64,000 nucleotides of DNA from contig NW_027266282.1 in NCBI RefSeq assembly GCF_022045235.1, positions 5,332,001 through 5,396,000 of the forward strand. Direction: 5' to 3'. Under the pieces are notes generated by a model. It saw only the letters and a program-made list of their open reading frames with translations. It was not told the DNA's origin and did not search any database. Positions 26,625 through 38,500 of this stretch are shown piece after piece. Each line of letters starts with the position of its first letter. The first letter of the stretch is position 1. Origin of the DNA: Haliotis cracherodii. Taxonomy: Eukaryota. A program made the position numbers and the translations under genes.

Positions 26625-27135
26625 CATCTTCCTGAGGCAAGAGAGTTAACTGACTATAAAAGTCCAGTTTCCACCCTTGCCAAACCTGGCTGGTATTATG
26701 GAGTTACATTTTGGCTGGGCTAACAAGTCTATGCATAGTCCAATCAAAATCGCGTACCGAAATCGAAATCCTGTTCGTTAATTGTTGTGCAGATTTCGGT
26801 CGATTGCAGGATTTGCAAAGCATGTGCACAGCCAACCCGTTCCAAATCTTTTCATGTTTTTAATCAAGGTGCTCACGTGATTTGATGCATTTCGCGATGT
26901 AAGACCTGTTTTATCACAATATAGATCTTGATTATCGATCAGATCATCCTGACTCGGCACCACCCAAGTGATATGAGAAGTGGAATCTGATTAGTCCATA
27001 GGAGAGGCTTAGAAGGAACATAACTGTTGATAGCCACTGTTGGCGCTACAATCAAACCCAGTAATTCCAGCCTAGTTCGGCAAGGGTGGAAACTGGACTT
27101 TTAAAATCAGTTAACTCTCTGGCCACGGGAAGATG
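26625..27135. mobile_element. MITE with 9-bp TSD
   Basis: TIRs CATCTTCC..GGAAGATG (about 60-80 bp) and a perfect TSD ACCAACTTC (26616-26624, 27136-27144). Partial copies at about 50010-50566 and 55510-55834. Confidence 0.85.
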
Positions 27136-27833
27136 ACCAACTTCTAGACAAATCTGTAAGTAATTATATAAGTGCCCCCAAGCTAAGACAGAAAATTTAC
27201 ACAACAGGCCATATATTTTCTTTTGTATATTACACATTTTATTAACACAGGAAACAACAGGGTAGAAGGGATAATGTGAAAAACATGTTAGTTTCACCGA
27301 CCTTTCGAATTAAGTTTGCTAGTTTTGACTCAAAATGGAACTCGATATGTATGGTTTTAATAATTGCCCCCTTTGTAAATTTTCAAAGCACCCAGGGCGC
27401 TTATTATGGCAAATAGTGTATTGTTATTGTGGATGGACGATCTTTGATATTGTAATTTATGTTATTATCACACATGTTTTTGCCGATGTGCTTTGCTAAT
27501 GACAGCTTGATTTATCTCTGCCGTGATGGTAGATGGTAGAAGTATCCATGGAAATGTTTTCTGTGTCACTTTGGGAGATGTATTTCATGAGAATTTTTAA
27601 GGGTTTCTTTTGTGTTTTTTAAACATTTGGCAAAATTGTATGGCCATATATATATTGTACTTTGCAGTGTTGTACAGGTAGATATAGAAATATTGAGGTA
27701 ATTTAGTTACTTGTTTCAAATGTGTTTTAGACCCCAGTATTTTTGCAGAAAATATTTGAATAGTTATCTATTTTTATTTAAAATGGTGCTGTTTTTGTAG
27801 ACATTTGGAACGGTTGACTACATATCCTGTATA

Positions 27834-28137
27834 CCGTATTCGACATAATAAGCGCCCAGGGCGCTCTCAAAATTAGAAATAGGGGGCTCTTATTAGAATA
27901 TATATTTTTGAGTTCAGAGAGCGTAAATTTCGTGGTTTATGCTGAAATGTTTATAAACGACAGATATATTTTTCCAGAAATTAATTGCCCATAATTAAGG
28001 GTGCATATAACAAACGTATTATGCACGAATAAATAGCCTTGTGTACATTTATCAATCAGAAGGGGTGCTAATTGGAATTGTTCACTAGCCAGTATATTAG
28101 CAAATATCGCCGTGGGCGCTTATTACGTCGAATACGG
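27834..28137. mobile_element. Tc1/mariner-type MITE
   Basis: TIRs CCGTATTCGACATAATAAGCGCCC / GGGCGCTTATTACGTCGAATACGG, flanked by TA on both sides. Confidence 0.8.
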
Positions 28138-28279
28138 TATATACATCCTGTAGTTAGAAGTAGACCTAGTGTACACTACATACATACAGGATGTTGGCTG
28201 TTTCTTGTCAATAACATGTTCTAATACAAGTTGCAAGGAGAATTCTGTAGTAAAGGTAAAAAAAACAACAGATCACTAT

Positions 28280-29070
28280 TTAATTACTGTATATATTTGA
28301 CAAGACTCTCTGAGCCATTACTGTATATATTGGACAAGACTATCTGCACCATTACTGTACATTAAAAATAACTGAGTCATTATTGTATATATTTTTTATA
28401 CTTTCTAAACCATTACTGTATACATTTTACAGGACCAATTAAGACATTACTGTATTTTTTAAAATATTTATGAGCCATTACTGGATATATTTGCTGTGAC
28501 TGTCTATGCTATTATTGTATATATTTAATATAACTATCTGAGCCATTACTGGATATATTTGCTGTGACTGTCTATGCCATTACTGTATATATTTGACACA
28601 ACTATCCAAACCATTACTGGATATACTTACTGTGACTGTCTATGCCATTACTGTACATATTTGACACAACTATCCAAACCATTACTGGATATATGTACTG
28701 TGACTGTCTATGCTATTACTGTATATATTTGATACAACTATCTGAGCCATTACTGGATATATTTACTGTGACTGTCTATGTTATTACTGTATATATTTGA
28801 TACAACTATCTGAGCCATTACTGGATATATTTACTGTGACTGTCTATGCTATTACTGTATATATTTGATACAACTATCTGAGCCATTACTGGATATATTT
28901 ACTGTGACTGTCTATGTTATTACTGTATATATTTGATACAACTATCTGAGCCATTACTGGATATATTTACTGTGACTGTCTATGCTATTACTGTATATAT
29001 TTGACACAACTATCCAAACCATTACTGGATATATTTAACAAAAACTATTTGAGACATTACTGTATTTATT
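28280..29070. repeat. AT-rich satellite, ~34-bp monomer with 68-bp dimers
   Basis: gagccattactgg recurs at 28744, 28812 and 28880. Confidence 0.9.
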
Positions 29071-29599
29071 ACCTACGGGGGCAAACATATCAGGTTGATA
29101 AAAATGTTATGTGCCCTAGGGTCACATCTCGTCATGATACTGTCTATTGTTTCAGTCTTCCGGACGGCAATGTTTACGTCATTTGAATCTTATTGTGATG
29201 TGAGGTCGGAATGTCACACTATAAACAAAGTAATAGCTGAAGATTGTCAATATCATTTGACAAATTGTGGTTCCGCTACTGTTGCAACTTGCTGTCCTTA
29301 TACTGGTAAACACTAAATTCGGCTCTGTATGTAGACATCTTCCTCGGTAATAAACAGAACATTCGATTCGCGTTATGTCATACAATGTCTCGTGTCGTTA
29401 ATATTGTATGATATGAACACTCAAATAACATCCTCTATATGTTATTAATAACTATTTAACCATTACTGTACAAGATCATCTGACCCATTGCTGCATATAT
29501 TTGACAAGACTATCTGTGACTTGCTCTCCAGCTTTCAGCCGTACAACACATAGTTATATTCGAGCATTCATCTAGAGTTCGTTGCAATTACCATTAAGA

Positions 29600-30850
29600 A
29601 TGCCACCAAAAAGACGGGCCGCCTTAAATCACCGCCTCGTAAGGAGCGGGAAAATTGCCAGGAGGGAACCAAGTGTCCGGCAAGCGACATCGGCTACTGG
29701 TAAGTCACGGAGATCAGCTAGATCTCCATTGCACGGACCCCCCTTGCCAAGTGTACAAATAGCTGCTAACTTGCTAGTTGAAGCAGATGATTCGGACAAT
29801 TCAAACGTTCTCCCGCGAGTCGATCACGGAGACATCGAAGAGCCCCAACAAGTGGTGTCGCCCGTTCCGTCGATGCTAGCTATATCGAGCCAACTCAACA
29901 GCATACTGGATATGCTAGGCAAACGGATGGCCCAAGATACTTCTCGGAGCTTTACTGGCATGCGAGGGGTAAGTACAAATGATCTGGGGGTAACGGGGTC
30001 GGTGGTATCAAGAAATCCCGATGTGTTGTCATTTAGCAGTGCACACTCGGGCGAGCCGGGAGTTTCCCGTGACGTCACACCACGTGCAGAGGCAGGAGCG
30101 GGGTCAACCAATCAGGGAACAGGGGATTCCCTGACCTTCCAGGCGGATGCTATCAGCGCTCACGTCCGTCAAGTTGTACGGGAGAGAGTATGGAGAGGGG
30201 AGTTTGTGGAGTTGACTACATTGTTGCCAGGCGCACAGTCGCATGACGATGACGATGCATTTAAGATGCAGATGGATTCGTCGGGTAATCTGCGATTCTC
30301 GCCGACCAAGCCGGCTAACGCCAGGGCATTAAGCATAGGCCAATGGACGTCAGCTTTCCACATATATATGAGCATTTACGTGGTGAAACATTTTTGTCAG
30401 TCCACCATACAGGGCATGTTGGCATACATGGAAACAATCCGTAATGCCGCAGTCCGCTCCGGGGGTTTTGGCTGGTCAAACTACGACCAGCAATTCCGAC
30501 ACCGTATGGCACGAGACCCAATTCGGGAGTGGGGCAAGATAGACGGTGAATTGTGGTTGAAGCACATGACACCGACTATGTCCCGTGTTCAAGAAAATAA
30601 GACTGAACGCTTTACAGTGCCTTTCAGCAGGGGCCGTGACTTTACAGTCAACGCATGCTGGGACTACAACAGGTCAAGGTGCGCCAGGCCAGAATGCAAG
30701 TTTATTCATAAATGCTCCAATTGTGGCGAGCAACATCCCGCCTATTCTTGCTTTCGCGCAAAGGGGGGTCGTAGACCCTCCAAACAACTTAACTCCACAC
30801 AGGCGACCCATGCTAAAGGCACTGGCCCCAACTCCACTCATACTCACTAG
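29600..30850 (+). CDS. Gag-like protein of YR retrotransposon
   Basis: ATG at 29600; VWRGEFVELTTLL..W..YDQQFR..W..ID..LW core; C-terminal zinc-finger CWDYN..C..C..H.C..C...H....C. Confidence 0.85.
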   Translation: MPPKRRAALNHRLVRSGKIARREPSVRQATSATGKSRRSARSPLHGPPLPSVQIAANLLVEADDSDNSNVLPRVDHGDIEEPQQVVSPVPSMLAISSQLNSILDMLGKRMAQDTSRSFTGMRGVSTNDLGVTGSVVSRNPDVLSFSSAHSGEPGVSRDVTPRAEAGAGSTNQGTGDSLTFQADAISAHVRQVVRERVWRGEFVELTTLLPGAQSHDDDDAFKMQMDSSGNLRFSPTKPANARALSIGQWTSAFHIYMSIYVVKHFCQSTIQGMLAYMETIRNAAVRSGGFGWSNYDQQFRHRMARDPIREWGKIDGELWLKHMTPTMSRVQENKTERFTVPFSRGRDFTVNACWDYNRSRCARPECKFIHKCSNCGEQHPAYSCFRAKGGRRPSKQLNSTQATHAKGTGPNSTHTH

Positions 30851-32453
30851 ATTAAAGCGACATTTGCAACTGTACAAGCATTCTAACCATGCCCATGCCA
30901 TTTATTTATTACAAGGTTTGGAATCAGGTTTTCAACTGGAATATAGTGGGGCACGCCTAAGTCGTTGGTCTGAGAATCTACGCTCAGCCAGGGATCCCAT
31001 TTTACAAGAGATAGTAGCTGCCAAATTGAAAAAGGAAGTACAATTAGGTAGGGTGGCAGGTCCTTTTGAAACGCCGCCCCTGCTGAACCTACAAGTTTCA
31101 CCCATCGGTCTCGTACCCAAAAAGCAAACGGGTAAGAATCAGTCCTTGCTGGAGACAGACGATTTTCGTTTAATACACCACCTTTCTTATCCTCAAGGCA
31201 GATCAATCAACGACAACATAGACAGCGAAGCATGCTCCGTGTCATATGCACGGTTCGACGAGGCTGTCAGTATGGTACAGCAACTTGGTCCAAATGCTCT
31301 ACTTGCAAAATTTGATGTGAAATCGGCTTTCAGGATTATGCCGGTACACCCTCAGGACTTTGAGTTGCTAGGCTTGTGCTTTCAAGGTAAATACTACTTT
31401 GATAAATGCTTGCCGTTTGGCTGTTCCATATCATGCTCAGTGTTTGAAAAATTCAGCACCTTTTTGCAATGGTGTGTCCAGCAAAAGTTGCCTAACGGCC
31501 AACTCATGCATTACCTTGATGATTTTCTCACAGGCGGAACTGCAGGAACGAAAGACTGTGGTGACAACCTTGATACATGTCTCAGTACTTTCCAGGAGCT
31601 GGGCGTACCCGTAGCACATGAGAAGACAGTAGGTCCAGCATCCTGCTTAACATTCCTAGGTCTTGAAATCGACACAGTCAGGATGCAGGTTAGAATACCA
31701 CAGGAAAAGATTGTAAATATCAACGCCATCATACACGATATGCTGGCCTCAGGTAAGCACAAAGTGACCCGTAAAGCTTTGCAGTCTCTGGTGGGTAAGC
31801 TAAATTTCATGTGCCGGGCAATACCCATGGGTAGACCGTTTTGCCGCAGACTGATTGACGCCTATACAAAGGTAAGTCATCAAGCACACCGTGTTCGCAT
31901 CACGCGGGGAGTTCGGGAGGACCTAGAGGTTTGGCTCGGGTTCTTGGGGGAATTTAACGGTGTGTCGGTTTTTCAGAATAAAGAGTGGGCTGACAATACA
32001 TGTCTACAGCTGTTTACTGACGCAGCCAGCACTGTGGGGTTCGGCGCATACTATAACGGGAACTGGGCAAACGGGCTCTGGTCCCGTGAGTGGGTGGAGG
32101 ACGGTTCGACTCGTGACATGACACTGCTGGAGTTGTTTCCGATTGTGCTGTCAGTTTGTCTGTGGGGGACAGCCTTTGCTAACAGGAAAGTACTTTTCTT
32201 TTGTGATAACCAAGCGGTAGTGTCAATAATAAATAAACAGTCTTCAAAGGCACCCAGAATCATGTCACTGATTAGGCAGCTAGTGCTGCAGTGCCTCAAA
32301 CACAACATTTTGTTCAAGGCCAGATATATAACAACACACGACAATATTATCGCAGATGCACTGTCGAGATTTCAGTGGGAACGATTCCGCAATGCAGCTC
32401 CATCAGCCAATCTGCATCCCACACCACTTCCAGACAATCTCTGGCAGGGCTAA
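30810..32453 (+). CDS. Reverse transcriptase / RNase H
   Basis: FRLIHHLS, AKFDVKSAFR, LPFG, HYLDDF, FLGLEID; RNase H FTDAAS..LLELFPI..CDNQAVV..IADALSR. The ORF is open from 30585; first ATG is 30810. Confidence 0.95.
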   Translation: MLKALAPTPLILTRLKRHLQLYKHSNHAHAIYLLQGLESGFQLEYSGARLSRWSENLRSARDPILQEIVAAKLKKEVQLGRVAGPFETPPLLNLQVSPIGLVPKKQTGKNQSLLETDDFRLIHHLSYPQGRSINDNIDSEACSVSYARFDEAVSMVQQLGPNALLAKFDVKSAFRIMPVHPQDFELLGLCFQGKYYFDKCLPFGCSISCSVFEKFSTFLQWCVQQKLPNGQLMHYLDDFLTGGTAGTKDCGDNLDTCLSTFQELGVPVAHEKTVGPASCLTFLGLEIDTVRMQVRIPQEKIVNINAIIHDMLASGKHKVTRKALQSLVGKLNFMCRAIPMGRPFCRRLIDAYTKVSHQAHRVRITRGVREDLEVWLGFLGEFNGVSVFQNKEWADNTCLQLFTDAASTVGFGAYYNGNWANGLWSREWVEDGSTRDMTLLELFPIVLSVCLWGTAFANRKVLFFCDNQAVVSIINKQSSKAPRIMSLIRQLVLQCLKHNILFKARYITTHDNIIADALSRFQWERFRNAAPSANLHPTPLPDNLWQG

Positions 32454-33352
32454 CAATCGAGGCAGAGAGGCTCCTTCAGCGATCATTGGCGGCAAACACG
32501 TGGGCAACTTACCAGGCAGGAACCCAAGCATTGCAAGCATTCAGGGCATCACAAAACCTGGGAGATGTCTGGCCGGTTCCAATAGCTCATCTGGTACATT
32601 TCATTGCTCACCTGTCAGTGTCAGGACATGCACCGAGTACGGTAAGAACGTATATGGCCGGTATCTCAACGTACCATAGGCTACACAGCATGGAAGACCG
32701 CACCGGCCACTTTATTATTACTAAAATGATTACGGGGATGCAAAAGTGTCAGGGGAGGCAGGATCACAGAAAACCAATAACAATAGACCTGCTCAAAGTA
32801 ATTGTAAACAACCTGCAATTTGTCTGCTCTTCTACCTATGAAGTAAGATTGTTCAAAGCAGTATATTGCTTGGCCTTCTTTGGTTTCTTTCGGGTGAGTG
32901 AACTCGTGCAAACCAAACTTTCTCAGCCAGGGTGCGCTTTCTTGGACCTAGAAGTCCAAGACACGTCTAAGACAGTAACAGTCGCTCTAAGGCATTCAAA
33001 AACGGACAGGCACTCACATGGCATAGTTGTTTCCATTTCCGCCATACCTGGCCACAATCTGTGTCCAGTGGCTGCAGTTAAAGCATACCTAATAGTTCGA
33101 TCACAGGGTCAGACTCAAGCTTTCGTACACTTTGATAAATCTCCCCTGACCAGGTATCAATTTCAGGCCGTGCTAAAAAGAGCACTGGCGCATAGCGGCA
33201 TCTGCACAGCAGCATACTCTTCGCATTCCTTCAGGATTGGCGCAGCAACAACAGCAGCCGGTAACGGAGTGAGTTCAGATTTGATACAGCACTTTGGTAG
33301 GTGGGGGTCAGAATGTTATAAAAGCTATATACGCATACCTGCAAACATTTAA
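32291..33352 (+). CDS. Tyrosine recombinase
   Basis: AFFGFFRVSEL (R), HSKTD (K), SHSFRIGAAT (HxxR), GRWGSECYKSY (W, Y). Overlaps the end of RT; true start uncertain. Confidence 0.93.
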   Translation: MPQTQHFVQGQIYNNTRQYYRRCTVEISVGTIPQCSSISQSASHTTSRQSLAGLTIEAERLLQRSLAANTWATYQAGTQALQAFRASQNLGDVWPVPIAHLVHFIAHLSVSGHAPSTVRTYMAGISTYHRLHSMEDRTGHFIITKMITGMQKCQGRQDHRKPITIDLLKVIVNNLQFVCSSTYEVRLFKAVYCLAFFGFFRVSELVQTKLSQPGCAFLDLEVQDTSKTVTVALRHSKTDRHSHGIVVSISAIPGHNLCPVAAVKAYLIVRSQGQTQAFVHFDKSPLTRYQFQAVLKRALAHSGICTAAYSSHSFRIGAATTAAGNGVSSDLIQHFGRWGSECYKSYIRIPANI

Positions 33353-33392
33353 ATCGCCAACCATACAAGAACGGTTTTCTTCCTATTGATTC

Positions 33393-33941
33393 ATGTTTTC
33401 AGTATGGTTGATTGGGTCCAGCTTCCTGACCCGGGCGAGAGAGCACCTACAGGACAGTGACTTCGGTATTCCAGGGGGATGTCTCTGGTTGGCAAGGGGC
33501 GGCATGAGGTGGGAGGAGCTGACCGAGCTGATAGATGCCCAGGTCAAAGCAATGCAGACACCACCAAAGGCGGTGGTGATTCACCTTGGTTCGAACGACC
33601 TGGGAAAGGTAACCACGTGTCAGCTATATCATGAGATCAAGCTGGCACTCCTGAGGATACACCTCCTCCTACCTGGTGCGGTCATTCTGTGGTCAGACAT
33701 GCTGCCACGAAGGTACTGGCATGTAGCCAGCCGTGCCCGGGACCTGGACGGGGCCAGGCAGAAGCTGAACAGACGAGTCGGGAACAGGGCCCGTGAGCTT
33801 GGGGGGATACGGGTTCCCCACACAGTGTTCAACCGGCAGGAGCAGCAACTGTACCTGCGTGACGGGGTTCATTTGTCACCGGCCGGACTTGATCTTTTCA
33901 CACAAAATATTGGCAGCTCCCTTTCCGCGGTATGCTTGTAG
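33393..33941 (+). CDS. SGNH/GDSL-like hydrolase carried by the retrotransposon
   Basis: Blocks IGSS, RGG, HLGSND and DGVHLS in canonical order. Confidence 0.88.
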   Translation: MFSVWLIGSSFLTRAREHLQDSDFGIPGGCLWLARGGMRWEELTELIDAQVKAMQTPPKAVVIHLGSNDLGKVTTCQLYHEIKLALLRIHLLLPGAVILWSDMLPRRYWHVASRARDLDGARQKLNRRVGNRARELGGIRVPHTVFNRQEQQLYLRDGVHLSPAGLDLFTQNIGSSLSAVCL

Positions 33942-34024
33942 GAAACATTTTCAGTATAGGATAACACGGTGGGTGTACATGAGCGCGAATGGTCGTGGTT
34001 GTGGGGAAGCACCTTGGTGCTTGT

Positions 34025-34579
34025 GGCGGGGTGCTGGTGGACTGCATTACAAGTTACATTTGGCGTCTTGGGATACATCCCAAATTATAAATTATTTAGG
34101 ATAGGGTTACCCGCTTTACAGCAGGAACCAATTTATCCATTCTGCTTTACAGCAGATGGCTTAGCGTCCGCTTTACAGCGGATGGTCAGCTTGGCAACAA
34201 TAGTTGCCCTCGCTCATGGTTTGGCAATGGTACTTGCCTGGCAGCGATAGCTGCATAGCAACATGGGTTGCTTGGCAACGGTAGTTGCAGGGCAGCGGGC
34301 GCTGCATTGGTAAGCAACATGGGTTGCTTGGCAACGGTAGTTGCAGGGCAGCAGGCGCTGCATTGGTAAGCAACATGGGTTGCTTGGCAACGGTTGTTGC
34401 AGGGCAGCGGTTGCTGCAGTTGGGGTTGCTTAACAGGGGTTAAGCTCATTGCTGTAGTCCACCAGTACCTCCACATCCGCGACCATTTCATCCAATAATA
34501 TCTCTTGTCTTAATTTGAAGCTCCGCTATCATGCATGATGGCGGAGCCTGTCATAATGGAGCCATGTCCTTATATAATA
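34025..34579 (+). repeat. Split direct repeat B1 (555 bp)
   Basis: Identical by eye to 34985-35539; contains three 56-bp tandem units. Confidence 0.95.
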
Positions 34580-34984
34580 GCATTTAGTGATTAGAACTAA
34601 ATGCCTTTATGTTAGGCTTGGCACAGTTGCTAATAATATTACAGCGAAATACCTTCATTCCGTGCGGCTACGTGCCGTTTTGCATGGTGCCATCGTCTCT
34701 GGCCTAGATCCGCTCTTGGCACGTCCGGTAAAGGAGCGTTTGTTTATATTTTCTATGACCTGTTGTAGCGTGACATCAGCTCACGCAGCACTTGCTCTCC
34801 AGCTTTCAGCCGTACAACACATAGTTATATTCGAGCATTCATCTAGAGTTCGTTGCACCCACCCACCCACCCTGTTATCCTTAATTCCAAGTTATTCAAG
34901 CTTTGCAGTTGTCAATTGGTGGAATTTTACTGGAGCATAATGTTTGTATATAATGATGTTGTCATGAATAAAATGTTGCGGATG

Positions 34985-35539
34985 GGCGGGGTGCTGGTGG
35001 ACTGCATTACAAGTTACATTTGGCGTCTTGGGATACATCCCAAATTATAAATTATTTAGGATAGGGTTACCCGCTTTACAGCAGGAACCAATTTATCCAT
35101 TCTGCTTTACAGCAGATGGCTTAGCGTCCGCTTTACAGCGGATGGTCAGCTTGGCAACAATAGTTGCCCTCGCTCATGGTTTGGCAATGGTACTTGCCTG
35201 GCAGCGATAGCTGCATAGCAACATGGGTTGCTTGGCAACGGTAGTTGCAGGGCAGCGGGCGCTGCATTGGTAAGCAACATGGGTTGCTTGGCAACGGTAG
35301 TTGCAGGGCAGCAGGCGCTGCATTGGTAAGCAACATGGGTTGCTTGGCAACGGTTGTTGCAGGGCAGCGGTTGCTGCAGTTGGGGTTGCTTAACAGGGGT
35401 TAAGCTCATTGCTGTAGTCCACCAGTACCTCCACATCCGCGACCATTTCATCCAATAATATCTCTTGTCTTAATTTGAAGCTCCGCTATCATGCATGATG
35501 GCGGAGCCTGTCATAATGGAGCCATGTCCTTATATAATA
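34985..35539 (+). repeat. Split direct repeat B2 (555 bp)
   Basis: Copy of 34025-34579 at offset 960. Confidence 0.95.
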
Positions 35540-38500
35540 ACTATTTAACCATTACTGTACAAGATCATCTGACCCATTGCTGCATATATTTGACAAGACT
35601 ATCTGAGCCTTTACTGTGTATTTGACAAGAACATCTGAGCCATTATTGTATATATTTGACAAAAACTATATGAGACATTACTGTATACTTGTATTTGACA
35701 GGGCTATCCGATCCATTACTGAATATATTTGACAAGACTATCTTTGTGATCACTGTATTAATAATATTTATCTGAAACACTTCTTTATACTTGACAAGAC
35801 CATGTGAGCAAATAGAGTATATGATTGAAGGACATTTTGAGCCATTATTGTACATATTTGAAAAGACTATATGAGTCATTATTGTATACATTTGACAAGA
35901 TTTTCCGAGCCAGTACTATTTAAACAATTACTGTACAAGACTATCTGATCCATTACTGTCTATATTTGACAAGACTATCTGTGCAATGTACCAAGACTGA
36001 ACCATCACTGTATGTTAATAATATTTATCTGTGCCATTACTGTATATATTTGACAAGACTATCTGTGCGATGTACCAAGACTGAGCCATCACTGTATATT
36101 AAAGATATTTATCTGAGCCATTACTGTCTATATTTGACAAGACTATCTGTGCAATGTACCAAGACTGAACCATCACTGTATATTAATAATATTTATCTGA
36201 GCCATTACTGTATATATTTGACAAGACTATCTGTGCGATGTACCAAGACTGAACCATCACTGTATGTTAATAATATTTATCTTATCCATTACTGTCTATA
36301 TTTGACAAGACTATCTGTGCAATGTACCAAGACTGAGCCATCACTGTATATTAAAGATATTTATCTGTGCCATAACTGTCTATATTTGACAAGACTATCT
36401 GTGCGATGTACCAAGACTGAACCATCACTGTATATTAATAATATTTATCTGAGCCATTTCTGTATATATTTGACAAGACTATCTGTGCAATGTACCAAGA
36501 CTGAACCATCACTGTATATTAATAATATTTATCTGTGCCATTACTGTATATATTTGACAAGACTATCTGTGCAATGTACCAAGACTGAGCCATCACTGTA
36601 TATTAAAGATATTTATCTGTGCCATAACTGTCTATATTTGACAAGACTATCTGTGCGATGTACCAAGACTGAACCATCACTGTATATTAATAATATTTAT
36701 CTGAGCCATTTCTGTATATATTTGACAAGACTATCTGTGCAATGTACCAAGACTGAGCCATCACTGTATATTAATAATATTTATCTGTGCCATTCCTGTA
36801 TATATTTGACAAGACTATCTGTGCGATGTACCAAGACTGAACCATCACTGTATATTAATAATATTTATCTTATCCATTACTGTCTATATTTGACAAGACT
36901 ATCTGTGCAATGTACCAAGACTGAGCCATCACTGTATATTAATAATATTTATCTGTGCCATTACTGTATATATTTGTAAAGACTATCTGTGCAATGTACC
37001 AAGACTGAACCATCACTGTATGTTAATAATATTTATCTGTGCCATTACTGTCTATATTTGACAAGACTATCTGTGCGATGTACCAAGACTGAGCCATCAC
37101 TGTATATTATTAATATTTATCTTATCCATTACTGTCTATATTTGACAAGACTATCTGTGCAATGTACCAAGACTGAACCATCACTGTATATTAATAATAT
37201 TTATCTGTGCCATTACTGTCTATATTTGACAAGACTATCTGTGCGATGTACCAAGACTGAGCCATCACTGTATGTTAATAATATTTATCTGTGCCATTAC
37301 TGTCTATATTCGACAAGACTATCTGTGCGATGTACCAAGACTGAGCCATCACTGTATATTAATAATATTTATCTGATCCATTACTGTATACTTGTATTTG
37401 ACAGGGCTATCCGATCCATTACTGAATATATTTGACAAGACTATCTGTGTGATCACTGTATTAATAATATTTATCTGAAACACTTCTTTATACTTGACAA
37501 GACCATGTGAGCAAATAGAGTATATGATTGAAGGACATTTTGAGCCATTATTGTACATATTTGAAAAGACTATATGAGTCATTATTGTATACATTTGACA
37601 AGATTTTCCGAGCCAGTACTATTTAAACAATTACTGTACAAGACTATCTGATCCATTACTGTCTATATTTGACAAGACTATCTGTGCGATGTACCAAGAC
37701 TGAGCCATCACTGTATATTAATAATATTTATCTGAGCCATTTCTGTCTATATTTGACAAGACTATCTGTGCGATGTACCAAGACTGAACCATCACTGTAT
37801 ATTAATAATATTTATCTGAGCCATTACTGTCTATATTTGACAAGACTATCTGTGCAATGTACCAAGACTGAACCATCACTGTATATTAAAGATATTTATC
37901 TGTGCCATTACTGTCTATATTTGACAAGACTATCTGTGCGATGTACCAAGACTGAACCATCACTGTATATTAATAATATTTATCTGAGCCATTACTGTAT
38001 ATATTTGACAAGACTATCTGTGCAATGTACCAAGACTGAGCCATCACTGTATATTAATAATATTTATCTGTGCCATTACTGTCTATATTTGACAAGACTA
38101 TCTGTGCGATGTACCAAGACTGAGCCATCACTGTATATTAATAATATTTATCTGAGCCATTTCTGTATATATTTGACAAGACTATCTGTGCAATGTACCA
38201 AGACTGAACCATCACTGTATATTAATAATATTTATCTGTGCCATTCCTGTATATATTTGACAAGACTATCTGTGCGATGTACCAAGACTGAACCATCACT
38301 GTATATTAATAATATTTATCTTATCCATTACTGTCTATATTTGACAAGACTATCTGTGCAATGTACCAAGACTGAACCATCACTGTATATTAATAATATT
38401 TATCTGTGCCATTACTGTCTATATTTGACAAGACTATCTGTGCGATGTACCAAGACTGAGCCATCACTGTATATTAATAATATTTATCTGAGCCATTACT

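Larger units (their letters stand above)
29519..35539 (+). mobile_element. Ngaro-type tyrosine-recombinase (DIRS-order) retrotransposon with split direct repeats
   Basis: A1 29519-29586 matches part of A2 (34790-34857); B1 34025-34579 matches B2 34985-35539. Order A1-gag-RT/RH-YR-SGNH-B1-A2-B2. All four ORFs are open. Confidence 0.93.
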
